This document shows, piece by piece, positions 37,201 through 48,050 of a stretch of DNA of 64,000 nt. Every line of letters begins with the position of its first letter. Position 1 is the first letter of the stretch. The stretch lies in the NCBI GenBank assembly GCA_004022145.1, contig RCNU01000008.1, one strand, 5' to 3'. The notes beneath the pieces were generated by a model that worked only from the letters and a program-made list of their open reading frames with translations, did no database searches and had not been told where the DNA came from. The DNA is from Paecilomyces variotii (lineage: Eukaryota). The position numbers and the translations under genes were made by a program.

Positions 37201-38191
37201 GGAAAGATTCGAGGTGATCAGCTCGACGTTTGCGTTCGTCAGCTTCGACGTCCAGTGGGTCACGATCTTCATCGCAAACATATCGGCCACGAAGGTAAGG
37301 TCGAGTATTGTAGGTCCTGTAAGTAGGTCCATCTGGCTTCTTCCAGATTGGACTCGGCCGATATCCTGGCATCGCGTATTTAGAAGCCGCCACGCCCGTC
37401 AGAGGTCTATTCTTAGGCTCTTTAGGGGGAGGAGACCTCTTCTTTGGGTTGACTGATCGAGGAACTAGCTTGGGTCGTCCGTAGACGGAAACACGAACGC
37501 GTCCAGGTTCAGGAAGACTCATGCCAGTGTAACGCTTGAAAAGCCCCCTGTCATCGATTCTCACTTTACTAACTTTGAGAGGTTCTGGTGGAGAAAGCGG
37601 TGGTCGCTCACACTTTGGGTAATCTCTTTTTCCGGGTGGCTTCTCCGTATCATGATCGACCTTTGGGTTAGGATCAGATCTGAGCGCAGAATTGAAGCGT
37701 GCGTCAACTTCGGAGTGACGTTCTGAGTCCTCTTCAGACTCAACTTCAATGTCACGTTCTGAGTCAACTCCAGAGTGGACGCCAATGTGAGGTTCTGAGT
37801 AGCGGACTGAGTCGCGGACTGAGTCAACTTCGGACTCGACTTCGGACTCAACTTCAACGTTAGATTCTGAGTCGCGGACTGAATGAAGTTCTGAGTCAAA
37901 TTCTTGGCCGAGCTTCGCGTTAGGTCTTTCACCAAATTCAGCGTCAAGTACTGCTGCGAATTCAGGATCAAGTCCAAAGTCTTGCTGTGCAGCTCCTGGG
38001 CCAAATTCTGCCTCAAGGGTGGCCACAGTCTGTGGGTCAAGTTCGTCAAGTTCGAAGTCGCAGTCTGAGTCTGAGTCTGAGTATGGGTTGGAATCTGGTG
38101 CATCCTCCATGTGAGTATTTTCGTCAATAGTAGGCATGGCGGTGCTCTTAGGCTTCATGCCATATTTCTCTGGGTAGCAATATCTCTCCAT
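34214..38191 (-). CDS. ulp1: Ulp1-family SUMO protease (peptidase C48) with a very long, repeat-containing disordered N-terminus
   Basis: WLNDEIINGY, FSTFF, IPVHNSAHWTL (His), HFDSLG (Asp), PQQDNGSDCGVF (Gln/Cys). The start is taken as the first in-frame ATG (MERYC) and is uncertain. Confidence 0.88.
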   Translation of the reverse strand: MERYCYPEKYGMKPKSTAMPTIDENTHMEDAPDSNPYSDSDSDCDFELDELDPQTVATLEAEFGPGAAQQDFGLDPEFAAVLDAEFGERPNAKLGQEFDSELHSVRDSESNVEVESEVESEVDSVRDSVRYSEPHIGVHSGVDSERDIEVESEEDSERHSEVDARFNSALRSDPNPKVDHDTEKPPGKRDYPKCERPPLSPPEPLKVSKVRIDDRGLFKRYTGMSLPEPGRVRVSVYGRPKLVPRSVNPKKRSPPPKEPKNRPLTGVAASKYAMPGYRPSPIWKKPDGPTYRTYNTRPYLRGRYVCDEDRDPLDVEADERKRRADHLESFREQDQSVPGGWPDDDRMEITREINLDRVPRQIADELRNMPHYEPCTINDEGANSKDQIALMSGALNTRPRVSEHGITIPLHSVRDSSNDGKKQELVAHNGDYVTFFCDKDWLSCARQVKVAFPGARRVGIVAMEFVQGAVNLGDTFKRRALSLFERRHTAEERDRTKNGRLRRGSRGRQTARDRDRQRRRSWNSSRPTTPEKYNSSTASYSSLPSGYHYSNSALTLPPPETPTAGLLSSLNYQTSNMSQPHFHSSGPSSYLETPESPEIEMSDSSGNELDSSEIEMLDSSDENADIHGYSSSLPHTSPFASTSSAKVHTSSQFEMSDTGMPGRSSSSVPFQHTTTSAPRNSAHAKSSTVLTYGQAVRRAMITRPISAIAKSLTLASVYKLGRAVAHVTGRSRAKPSGITKPVRRGRHTRRTKEDLKKKLERFPNEFVVPWFRPPKPSTPLAQPSVSAQPSTPAQPSKGAPEALFSHKRKADGQIVSTPRLPTTETSETHPVPPTTSPIPQPAQPKSATRPPRKIGPILDVGPLPGLEERRRERQRRIAEGDRKIGPVRDLEGPLPGLAERRLERQRRFAEGYQTIEPDLNGELLPGFTTRRLERQRHIMDGDQNKKLAALLYPELVPLPDDGDSEKGPEDYPLPEDGDDEKGPEDYPLPEDEDEELRPEYIPLPERLVEPEPTAAGPAPWLQSDVPFGKPVSAVRIFNPEAVEREPTREESSYATVWRDVEEPEAQRQPPARIWPEGPAVRPLPAQWKDILATSMAKRDDEPLATTLRGAKLTKMDLMTCYKPMAWLNDEIINGYLELIVAYLRRISGNTGRNEKPKYHAFSTFFFSNLRQKGYAGVAKWATRAKIGGEGLLNVDTVFIPVHNSAHWTLMVVKPSARTIEHFDSLGSLSPAYVALAKGWLRGELGQLYVDEEWNVLPSISPQQDNGSDCGVFLLSTAKAVAVGLEPLSYGAADIPLLRQKIVAELMRGGLEGEFDPAGESGELRL

Positions 38192-38220
38192 GTTTACGGA
38201 AGATTTGTGGAAAGGAGCAG

Positions 38221-38551
38221 TTCTCCAGAGACAAATGTAGCAGATGTGGTAGATGTGGTAGATGTAGAAGATGAAGTTCTTTACAGGAGAATTTGTGTAG
38301 GACGGAGACGTCTTCCAGAGACAGATGTAGCAGATGAAGAAGATAAATGTCTTTGCAGAAGCAGTAGCAAGACAACAAGTGAAGAGAAATGAGGTGTCTG
38401 CCAGAAACAGATGTAGCAGGTGTAGAAGACGAAGGTCTCTACAGAAGTAGTAGCACGACGAGAAGAGGAGAGAGAAGCGAGCAGTCTTCAAAGCAGAATT
38501 TGAAGATGTTGCAGATGTAGGAGATGATGAAGACGAAGTTCTCTACAGAAG
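38221..38551. repeat. Four degenerate ~88-nt tandem repeats upstream of the Ulp1-type ATG
   Basis: Recurring core CCAGAGACAGATGTAGCAGATG...GAAGAYGAAGTTCTYTACAG at ~38221, 38311, 38397 and 38485. Confidence 0.7.
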
Positions 38552-39450
38552 AAAGACGAAGAGGACGAAGAGGAAGAGCAGGAGAATAAAGAGGGGGGCA
38601 GGAGGGGGAGGACGAGGAGGAGGACGAGGGGGAGGAACACAATGCCATACGTACCAGAGCAACATGTCAGATGCCGTCGAGGAGAGCATCATTGAGATTG
38701 TTGTTTTGTCGTGGGAGACAACTAGATAGACCGGCAGGGTGCTGCCAGAAAAGTACCTCCAGCTGGGGAAAGCTAAGGGAAGCTACCTGAGCTGCGGCGC
38801 GGGTCGCGTCGGGGACGTTTGGGTGGAAAGACAGGCCAGCAAGCGCCGCTGAACCGCGAAGTGATTTAAAGTGAGGTGAAGCCGGGGGGGCGGCTGCGCT
38901 TGTCGGTCACGTGGAGGCTGGCGGCTGGCTGTGGTCACTGGCAGTGATTGGCCACAGGTGATGACAAAGAAACGCGGCAATCGGTCGGGATTTCCCGCCC
39001 AAAAGCTCGTGCCAGATGCTGCCACGTTGACTAAACAGTTACTGATAGGCTAGTATGCTACAAGTAGAGCACGGAGGGAGTTCCATTTGCAGGAAATCCC
39101 CAGGTTACGGGAATTCCCTTCTTGATACCGTGAAACTTGATTTTGGGTGAATCGAGGGGAAAATGCGAATTCATCGGAAATTTCAATCCCAGGACATGCT
39201 CCGGGCGCATTAGAAACATGAGAAGTACAAAATCGAGATACAGACAAAAGTAATCATTCTAGAAGACGTCATACACTTAGACCACATCCCAAAAACAGGA
39301 AGGAAGATCTAATCTCATGAAAGTCAGATACCGATTCCATGATAATATAATACAAGAAAATGAACAGTCCGTGCCGCATCCCCAAGGTCATGGGCTCGAG
39401 ATCTCTGACCCAGCCTGCTGAGGCCATAGACCAGCTGCATCGTCATCACT

Positions 39451-41409
39451 TCACTGCAAGTCCCTTCCTCCAAGTCCTATAATTTCAAACAGGATAGGAC
39501 AGCCTTCCAACACCAGCCATGCAATTCCTAGTCTCGCCCGTCAGTACTAGACAAAAGATAGCGAGGGCAAGGGGGGGAGGCGGGACTAAGGATCACTTAC
39601 CGGAGTATACAATAAGCTTAGTGACCACCTCCACGTCATACCGTACCCGAGGTTTCAATAGCCGTGAGAACATTTCCTCCTCATTAGGACCCTCTGGACC
39701 ATACTCAGCAGGGTTAGACGGGGTGGTTGCAACGACAGAACTCCGCTCGCCAGTGGCAACGACTTCGGGGCTGTAGCGTGGGGTTCCCGTGCCCATCATG
39801 TTCTCGTATTCCTCCAGCTTGGTTTGTTTCCGTTGAGTAAGGCCAGATCCCTCACCTACTGAGGCCAAGCCTGGTTTCTGATCGCCATCAGACAATGGAG
39901 TCATCGGTGATCCCCTGCTAACACTGGGGGTCCCGGGCTGGCCAGAAGACACGCTCTCCCGGCGACGCTTCTCCCGGTACGCTAATGTCTCGTATGCATC
40001 AGCCTCGGATTGAGGGCCAACAGACACGGCCCTGCGTCTAGGGTGTCGAATAGAAGTGAGTATTGTTGGGATGTCTGAAATCCTGGGAAGCACATCGTCA
40101 TCCTTCAAGTGGCCGGGGACCTTCTTATATTCCCTTTAGTTGATGTCAGCATGGCACACACGAACATACCCTCTGTTGCGGACTTACGATGCTCTCGTGA
40201 AAAATCTTCTGGGAAGAATCAGACCCAGTTTTTCCAATCCTCGGAAGATCGGTGGCAGAATTCGCAGAAGAGACGGCTTCATGATCCCCCGCCAGGCGAA
40301 GATAGCAAGCACACCAAGAGTGAGACGGACTATGGTCTTGAATAAGCCCATCCTTTCAAGCTGATAAGGAACAGTACCCGGTATAGGCTCTGACCATGAA
40401 TAGCTCGTCTGCGCGTAGTGCCAATAGGCAACCTCACAACCAGCAGCAACCCCCGCGAAAGCAACGCTATCATCGAAACATGGACAATCATCCGCCGGTT
40501 CTGGATGAATTCGGACAAAAACCAGGATAATGAAAATGATGAGAAGCAATTGCTTCAATGACCCCGACACAACCATTGCGTCAAAATCTTCCCCATATCT
40601 GCACTGCACTAAGGCGATAAAGGCGCCAAGGGCGCAGCCGATAACAACATCAAAGAATCCATGCATTCCACAGTATAAGCGGCCGATAACAATGGAGAAG
40701 ACGTAGAGGTATAGCGTGCCTTGAAGAACGGTGTTGAGCAACGGGGACATAACAGTTTCCGGCGATCTCAGGAGGTACATTGCATAGACAGCAACCGAGA
40801 CCGCATTTGTCGAGTGGGTAGACGGGAAGCCATATTCGAGAGCTGCGGAACCGGACATGGTGATTCGCGTCAAGGGAGGCGAGAGAGGTCGGGGGAGGCA
40901 GAATAGGTCCTTGATGAACCCGCTGAAGAAGACACCAGAGGCCAGTATATGCACCATCCTAGAAGACAGGTCAATCCATCTTGAGTTGTCTCCAGACTGA
41001 ACCAAACCACCCCGTTGAGATCCGTAAACCTACCCGCGACCCAGACTAGTATATCCACACCAGAAGAGAATCGGCAAGAAGATCATGAAGAAAGTATGCG
41101 TTCCCAGATTTGCCGTGATAGCGAACCACGTGTCCAGAGATGGTGTTCGCATCTTTTCCTGGAACCATGCTAGATACGGCGTCTCGTATCGAACTAGAGG
41201 GAGGAGTTTCTGACGAGTCCAGTACCGCCATTTTGGCAATCGATGCTGATCTATCCACATAAGAGAAAAAAAGGACCAGAAGTTAGCGACAAAGCATTCC
41301 TCCTGGGGAAAACCACATTTGCAGCGGTCAGAAGTCAAATAAAGAGGTCCGTACAGTGGTTTAAACTTCTCAGGCCAGCATCTGGCCGTCCATTCCCCTC
41401 CTTAGCCAT
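39451..41409 (-). CDS. lcb3: PAP2-family sphingoid long-chain base-1-phosphate phosphatase (Lcb3/Ysr3), 4 introns
   Basis: MAKEGNGRPDAGLRSLNH|..TANLGTHTFFM.. KDLFCLPRP (C1), YGFPSTHS (C2), GRLYCGMHGFFDV (C3), HPEPADDCPCFDDSVAF, RVRYDVEVVTKLIVYSG. Confidence 0.93.
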
Positions 41410-42016
41410 CCTTAAGCAGTCGTGCTGTTTGTGGCTAGGATGTACCTTCCTCTGTTCTCCATAAGAGCAGAGCTAGGGCAGTGTCCGAAAAAACAGCCGA
41501 CGAATTCAGCGCATTCAATTGCAATTCAGCTCCACCAATACAGGTTATGATCAGTTAGAGGGGGACAGGACGTCGGCCCAAAAGGTTGTCAGGAGGTTTC
41601 GATATCCGTGCGACGCAGATTTGTGGCTGAGATAGTTATGGTCTCCGCATGCTGATCTCCTCGAATCTTACGGGCGGTCGAATACCGGTAAGCCGCGGCC
41701 GCGGCACGATGCTTACTTAACTGGTCTTGGATTAGCTTGGTACCTAAGTACCTAGTTGGTTACGGTGTTTCCTCCGCGCAAAAACGAAAACACTGGAGCA
41801 CCTTCATTATTTCTTACATCAAAACCATGACGAGGAATTGGATAGATTGAGTAAGTTACTTGAGTCGCCGTCCCCGGTACTGCGTGTTGGTGTGGCGATC
41901 TAGAGTATAAGTACCATATGGTATTTCCCACGTGCTCTTTTGTTGCCGTCCCGACGCCCAGCGAAATGGGCCGCAAGACTGGATACGGCGGTGCAACAAA
42001 GACCATACTCTTATCA

Positions 42017-42891
42017 GGTGACTACATGTCAGCTCACCTCGTCGGTCATGTGATCCTCACCTCGCACGGACCAAAAAAGCGCCAAGCCTTGTAAGCCCAC
42101 CTCACCTCGTTATAATAATCCCTCCCGGGTAAGGTCACATGACCAGCCACTGTACCGTTCCCGGGGGTTATTCCCGTTAAGTATAGTTAAAGGTCTTACC
42201 CGGAGCAACCCCCTTCGCTCCAGGTAAGTATAATAGTTAAAAGGGGTTTTATTCCCGGTAAAGATCTCACCGGGCGGGTATTAGAGGATTTTAGCAAAGC
42301 CCCACGGGGGACTACAACATAAGGGATTTTCCTCATTGAGACACCCTTAGCAATTATAAAAGGTAGGCGGTCTGATTAGCGTATTTTTTAGTCTTGTATT
42401 ACGATCCAGGTGGCTCGTACTACGAGCCACCTGGCTCAAGTCCAACTCGCCCCAATTAGGTAAAGTGCGGCACATCCCGACATCACACAAATAACACTTG
42501 TTTGAAATTGTTGCTTACTAATATTTATACTGTATTTAGGTTACTGTATTTAAAATCATGTGACATCCCAATTGAGACTTTCTGCCCGCAGAATTCTTAC
42601 GTTGTAGTCCCCTGTGGGGCGACTGCTAAAATCCTCTATTAAAACCCGGGAAGGATATTTAGGATTATAGGATATAAGCTCGCCGACCAATATAAGCTGG
42701 GGACCCGGAGCGACCCCCTCCTAGGTAAGACCTTTAACTATAGTCTCCCCCCGGAGAGGATAACAGTTATAACTAGGGGATAACTAAGGGACGAGGTGGG
42801 GTTAGAATTTAACGAGGTGAGGTAGGCTCTAAAAGGGTCCGTGCGAGGTGAGAATCACATGACCGACGAGGTGAGGTGACCTGTGTCCTGC
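42017..42891. mobile_element. Non-autonomous long-TIR DNA transposon (Mutator/MULE-like MITE most likely)
   Basis: The left arm GTCAGCTCACCTCGTCGGTCATGTGATCCTCACCTCGCACGGACC pairs with the right arm GGTCCGTGCGAGGTGAGAATCACATGACCGACGAGGTGAGGTGAC. A further inverted block lies at 42183-42205/42718-42742. The flanking direct repeat CTCTTATCAG is at 42008-42017 and 42891-42900. Confidence 0.85.
42284..42636. mobile_element. 353-bp MITE nested inside the outer element
   Basis: ~40-bp TIR GAGGATTTTAGCAAAGCCCCACGGGGGACTACAACATAAG vs the reverse complement of the right end, GAGGATTTTAGCAGTCGCCCCACAGGGGACTACAACGTAAG. Flanked by TATTA on both sides (42279-83, 42637-41). Confidence 0.85.
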
Positions 42892-43976
42892 TCTTATCAG
42901 AAGGTCCAAAACATTGGATGAAGGTCTCCCGGAAACATCCTTCAGAGAAGTTCAGATCCATGACAGCATCAATCGGGTCCCACCGCTCGATTCTCAGCCC
43001 GACCCGAGTTGGCTTGCCCTGGTTTGTGTGGCTTTAGAAGTTTAGAGTAACTAATCATAGTCTACTGCTTGGCCAAGACAGTACGGAGTACTCCGTAAAC
43101 TAATCTGAGCGCGCCCTACTGGAGACCTGGTAACCAGTCCAAGGAATCAAAGCCCCAAGAGACGAACCTGGTTGGAGAATAGAGAACCCACTAGTGTTCC
43201 AGAAATACAAGGTTCGCTCCCGTTCAGGTACCTATCTTTCTTAAATCTGACATGTTTGGACGAAGAAATTCAGGATGAAGAGAAGGTGTGGATTTGCAAT
43301 GTTGCGTTTGCGGGAAACGGTCACAGTCGGAATGACAAAATGGCAAGTGGCCCTTAACTAGGTCCATACATAGTAAAACCCGTGAGACTTGGCCACCGCA
43401 AACTTATGCAGTATTTCCTCAGAAAGGATTAGACACCCCATCGGGTCCAAGTGTTGTTGAGGGGAGGGAATCTGAGATCGATGAGGGATCCCCCGCCAGC
43501 TGGCTTGAGCACTGGAAGTTGGTTTAGGATTTGACAACATTTCGGGAGAAAATGGCCGAGAATGGCCCATGCGACGAGCAAAAGGGCAAGGAAACCTGGA
43601 TTACCATCTAAAAATAATTGCTATTAAGCCAGAAAGGGCCGCGATGGCATCATGGAAGACCCCAGACCAGCTGTGAAGTGCTGCCCGTGCGTCTGATCGA
43701 CCCCGTACGTTGCCATGGCAGCCCTCCCGCGGTAAACAGCTACCACCTGTTCAATATCAGCCTTCATAGATCATCTTAAACCTCCACAAAGGATTTCAAA
43801 AAAGAATCATCCCCTGCGACTTGATCCTGTTCTTCACACACTTTGAGCGGAACACTTTATTGTTCTCACAGAGAGATAGTCCAGAAAGGAGACACGGCTG
43901 GATCAGGAATACATACATACAATCCACAATTCGTTCTGTTGCTTACGACAACGGGATTCGCTGAAGAATTCTCCAC

Positions 43977-43998
43977 CCTCTCTCTCTCTCTCTCTCTC
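43977..43998 (+). repeat. (CT)n microsatellite in the rho4 5' leader
   Basis: ctctctctctctctctctct. Confidence 0.85.
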
Positions 43999-44036
43999 TT
44001 CGTCCTCTTCAACCTGAAGACCGTGCACTTGACAAC

Positions 44037-45046
44037 ATGTCTGCCGATATCTACGACGAACGCCCTTCCGGCTACAGCGCCAGCGCTCGACGCCATTCAG
44101 TAGCAACGCCTCCGCCCTCAATGTCTCCTCATCAGAGCCGTGTTCGAAGCCAGAGCGTCAGAGTCAGCAACGGCACCGTCAGCACAAACACCAGTGTGTC
44201 GAGTGGGAGGATGTCAGAAGCAACCAATATCACCCAGCCGCCATCGTATTCGAAAAAGTTTGTAGTGGTGGGAGATGGAGGCTGTGGAAAGACATGTCTC
44301 TTGATTAGCTACTCGCAGGGCTATTTCCCAGAGGTAAGCCATGTGCCTTTCTTGGACAGGCCCGATAGGAGATCCCTGGCTAATAAACAAAAAAACAGAA
44401 ATACGTTCCCACCGTTTTCGAAAACTACATCACACAGACCACCCACCGTCCTTCTGGAAAGACGGTCGAACTCGCGCTCTGGGATACTGCAGGCCAGGAA
44501 GAGTATGATCGATTGCGTCCGCTCTCATATCCCGAAACGGACCTTCTTTTTGTGTGCTTCGCCATCGACTGCCCGGTCTCCCTTGAGAATGTTTTGGACA
44601 AGGTACGTTCAAGACCCTAGTATATAGCTAATAGCTACCTAGCTATCTGCGTCCTATGGTAGGGATCAACAACTAAGTTTCGGAACCAGTGGTACCCCGA
44701 GGTGCTCCATTTCTGCCCCACCACTCCCCTTATTCTTGTCGGCCTCAAGTCGGATCTCCGCACCAAGCGTACCTGTATCGAACTCCTCAAAACTCAGGGT
44801 CTGACCCCGGTGACGCCTGAGCAAGGCCGGGCGGTCGCTCAACGCATGGGAGCGAAATACGTGGAGTGCAGCAGTAAGGAAATGCGTGGTGTGGACGAAG
44901 TCTTCCAACTGGCCGTCAACACCGCTGTCGGTGTCGAGGAAGGCTGGAACAGCGGCTATGTCAGTAACGGAAGCCCCAGTGGCGGTGGTGCCAGCAGCGG
45001 TGGTGGAAGGAAGAAGATCAAGAAGCGCACTTGCAAGATTCTGTAA
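44037..45046 (+). CDS. rho4: Rho-family GTPase Rho4 (septation), 2 introns
   Basis: N-terminal extension, [56 protein letters not shown], polybasic tail with CKIL CaaX box. Confidence 0.93.
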
Positions 45047-45740
45047 AGGGGGCACGCCGTTCCTCTTTGCTGCTATTTCATTCTTCCATCATGTCGACTG
45101 AGCCTGGTTGCTACGACATACATCTTTATCCACCCCCCAACTTTACACGTGCCATGTTGATGCGAACTTATTGAGTTATGGATCATGTCTTTATGTCTCC
45201 AGGGACCGTCTCACCGACAATTCTCCCACAAGACCCTTTCCTTGTGTCATGTTATCATTTTCTTTTCTTTGGACATTACGACCAGCGAAGTATCATTTCT
45301 ATGGTTCCTCGCTGCCCCTGTCAACTATCTTCCCCGAGCCCTTTTTGTTATTATTTCTCTTTTCCCACCCCCTTTTTCTTTTTGCAAAACCCATTTTCTA
45401 TCGTCTATTCTGTCTGTCACGTCACACAGCATCTGGGACCTTGGCGGGCATTATGAATGCATGGGATGGGCGTTCAGTGGCGCATGAATGTATTTAGAGT
45501 CAATGCAGCGTTTAGTTTCTCAAAATGTATAGATGCAATCACGCTATCTTCTTTCCTCAACCCATGGTGAACTGGGTAGAAAGCCAATTGTAAGAATCAA
45601 AACAGAAGGAGCCTGGTAATAAATAAGTGGAAAAAAGGCGAATTCAAATATCAACATGGTATCTCAAACAAAACACAAAGTGGATCGTATGCATGGACGG
45701 CGATCTCAAACTCTATCGTGATGGAACAGCAGCTAGCAAT

Positions 45741-46690
45741 TCATCGCTCGTCCTTGATGTCTGTAGCACTGCCTCTTCCGCTTTCTTCTACTCGGCTATC
45801 CTCATGCTGGTCATGATCATCCTGGGCCTCTCCTTCCGCATGGCCCTCGCCTGCTCCTTCCTCGCCATCTCGGCCCATGAAGTTTTCAAATTGTGACCAT
45901 AGTGCCTCGACAGAGCTGAACTCGTTTCCAACCTTGAGATATGAAATTAGTATATCTCTCCTTTCTGTGTTAAGTAGATCCTGAAGGAGCATAATGGAGG
46001 TTTCGTGAAGAAGATAAGAAAAATATACAACCAGAATGTAAGTTGTACTTACAGCAATTATTCCTTCCAAATTCCGGTTCAGTCGATTGATATTCTGGAG
46101 GACTTCTTCCATGCCCTGTATGAATATGGGGTTAGTATGGATTGGGTTGTTGGGTATCTTGAAAAAAGCAAAAACTGGAGAAGCCAGCTATAGACTTGGC
46201 AGCGTTGCATGTGGGAAATCTTAATAGAGTGTGGGGAAAGCATAAAATGACTCGTGTGTCTGGAAGGTGATTGGAGAGGGTGTATAAGATCTCAAGCAGG
46301 ATGAGACTTGAGTGTCTTCTTGACGGGATCCTATCCAGATAGGGAACGATGGGAACAGATTGATGCCAGTCAGTATGTGGATGGAGTACACGGCAGCCAA
46401 TTGATCAAGCCACATCCGGCGATCTCACGAGAATTATAATCCCAAATGGGCTGAAAAAAAGAGCTGATATATCTCCGAAGCCCAGCTGATCTAATGAATA
46501 GTGCTCAGCAGCGGAGAGATTCACCAATGGCCAAGATGGGGCCACCACATAAACGAGAAACAGGACACCAAAGACAGGGAACAGAGAACACGGAACCACT
46601 CACCACCGCGATCTCCCTCACCAACTCCTCTCTTTGCTGTTCAAACACCGTCGGTGTCCTGGTTCTCTCTCCCGGGACCGAGGTCGACAT
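45741..46690 (-). CDS. dad1: DASH/Dam1 complex subunit Dad1; introns 46116-46603 and ~45933-46052
   Basis: FEQQREELVREIAV|GMEEVLQNINRLNRNLEGIIA|VGNEFSSVEALWSQFEN. Confidence 0.93.
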
Positions 46691-48024
46691 ATTGGACCAG
46701 TCACGCGCGGGGTGTATACAACGAGCACGAAGATCAGAATAATATCACCCCAGGCCCCACTGAAGACAACGCCGGATGGGGATTAGAAAAGAGCTCGCAC
46801 CAGTGCGCTCAGAGCACTTGGATTTGGAACAGCGCGTGCTCAGTAGTAAGTTCTTCGGATTCACAGTTCGGGAGTGACTCGGCAATGCCCCTCACGAGGG
46901 CGGTGAAGAATTCCCAAGGTCACTGCACTGCTTGAAGCTAAATTTTCTAGGGCATGTGTCTTTCTATTTATTGAAGCTTAAGTCGGTGGGCTACCTTATT
47001 GATGGGGCCACGTTTTGAGGACGCCGTTTTTTGTCGATGGCGTGCATTTATTTTTTATTTTTTTATTTTATTTTTTCTTTTTTTAATGCCCGTCAGCCAT
47101 CTCCAGCGGATGATTTGCGATATGCACAAAATGCAATGTTTCGGCTACTTCTTTGCCCCGCTTCTTTCTCTCCGTGTCTGCTCCGCCAATCCGGATAAGC
47201 CTTAAGCACAGTAAGGTAAGTCAGCACTTGATCATCACCCGCTGCTAACTATGTAATTGCACGTCCGTTTATCCTCTGCGGAAAATTCAATAGAAGCTCC
47301 GGATAAGACTATGATTCGTCTCTGCCGCTGCGGGACGTGGAATGTGATATTATTTAATGAAATATTCCGGCCATCCGGGGAGTTGCGCGTCCAATAATAA
47401 TACCCCAGCTGTTCCCAGTAATTCGATCATCAGGAGTATAATCCCCATGGACAAAATAGGACTGCTGCAGCATTAGCTGCAGATTGCGGTATGGTGGTAT
47501 GGTATATTTTCGTCAGGAATTTGTTTTCCCTCTTTTGGTTTGGCTTCCTTCTCTTCCCTCCATCTTCAGAGAAAAAGACTCTACTCTATGTACTCCGTAA
47601 ACAGTTTACATTACTCGTTAAACGCACAGATCAGATCTGCCACAGATCCTACCAATAAATTAAATAATCCTGCCCTCTAGCTTAAAGCCTTTTTATTATT
47701 ATAAATCTTACTGTACCTACGTACAATTTTTTTTTTTTTTTCAAAAACTTAACTAACCAGCTACGGCGGCTCGGGTTTTGAGTTGTGGGGAACTTCTTTT
47801 TTTTTTATTTTTTTTTTTTTTCCTCTCTTTTCTCGGCCCATTTAGGAGGAGGCTTGGAGACGTAAGTACCTACTTTCGCGTTTCGAATCTTACGGTGTAC
47901 AACTTCCGTGACTCACCTTACTGGCTCTACGAGTCTACTGGTTTACTGGTGGCTTTATTCAAAGCATTGCGGAGACACGACCCAGTAGTCAAGAGGTGGA
48001 ACACTGGATATGAAAATGAATCTA

Positions 48025-48050
48025 CTATCTATCTATCTATCTATCTATCT
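48025..48050. repeat. (TATC)n microsatellite
   Basis: tatctatctatctatctatct. Confidence 0.85.

Noticed and set aside
46205-46230. GTGGGAAATC resembling RNase P CR-I
   Set aside because: The rest of the P4 consensus and a CR-V partner were not found.
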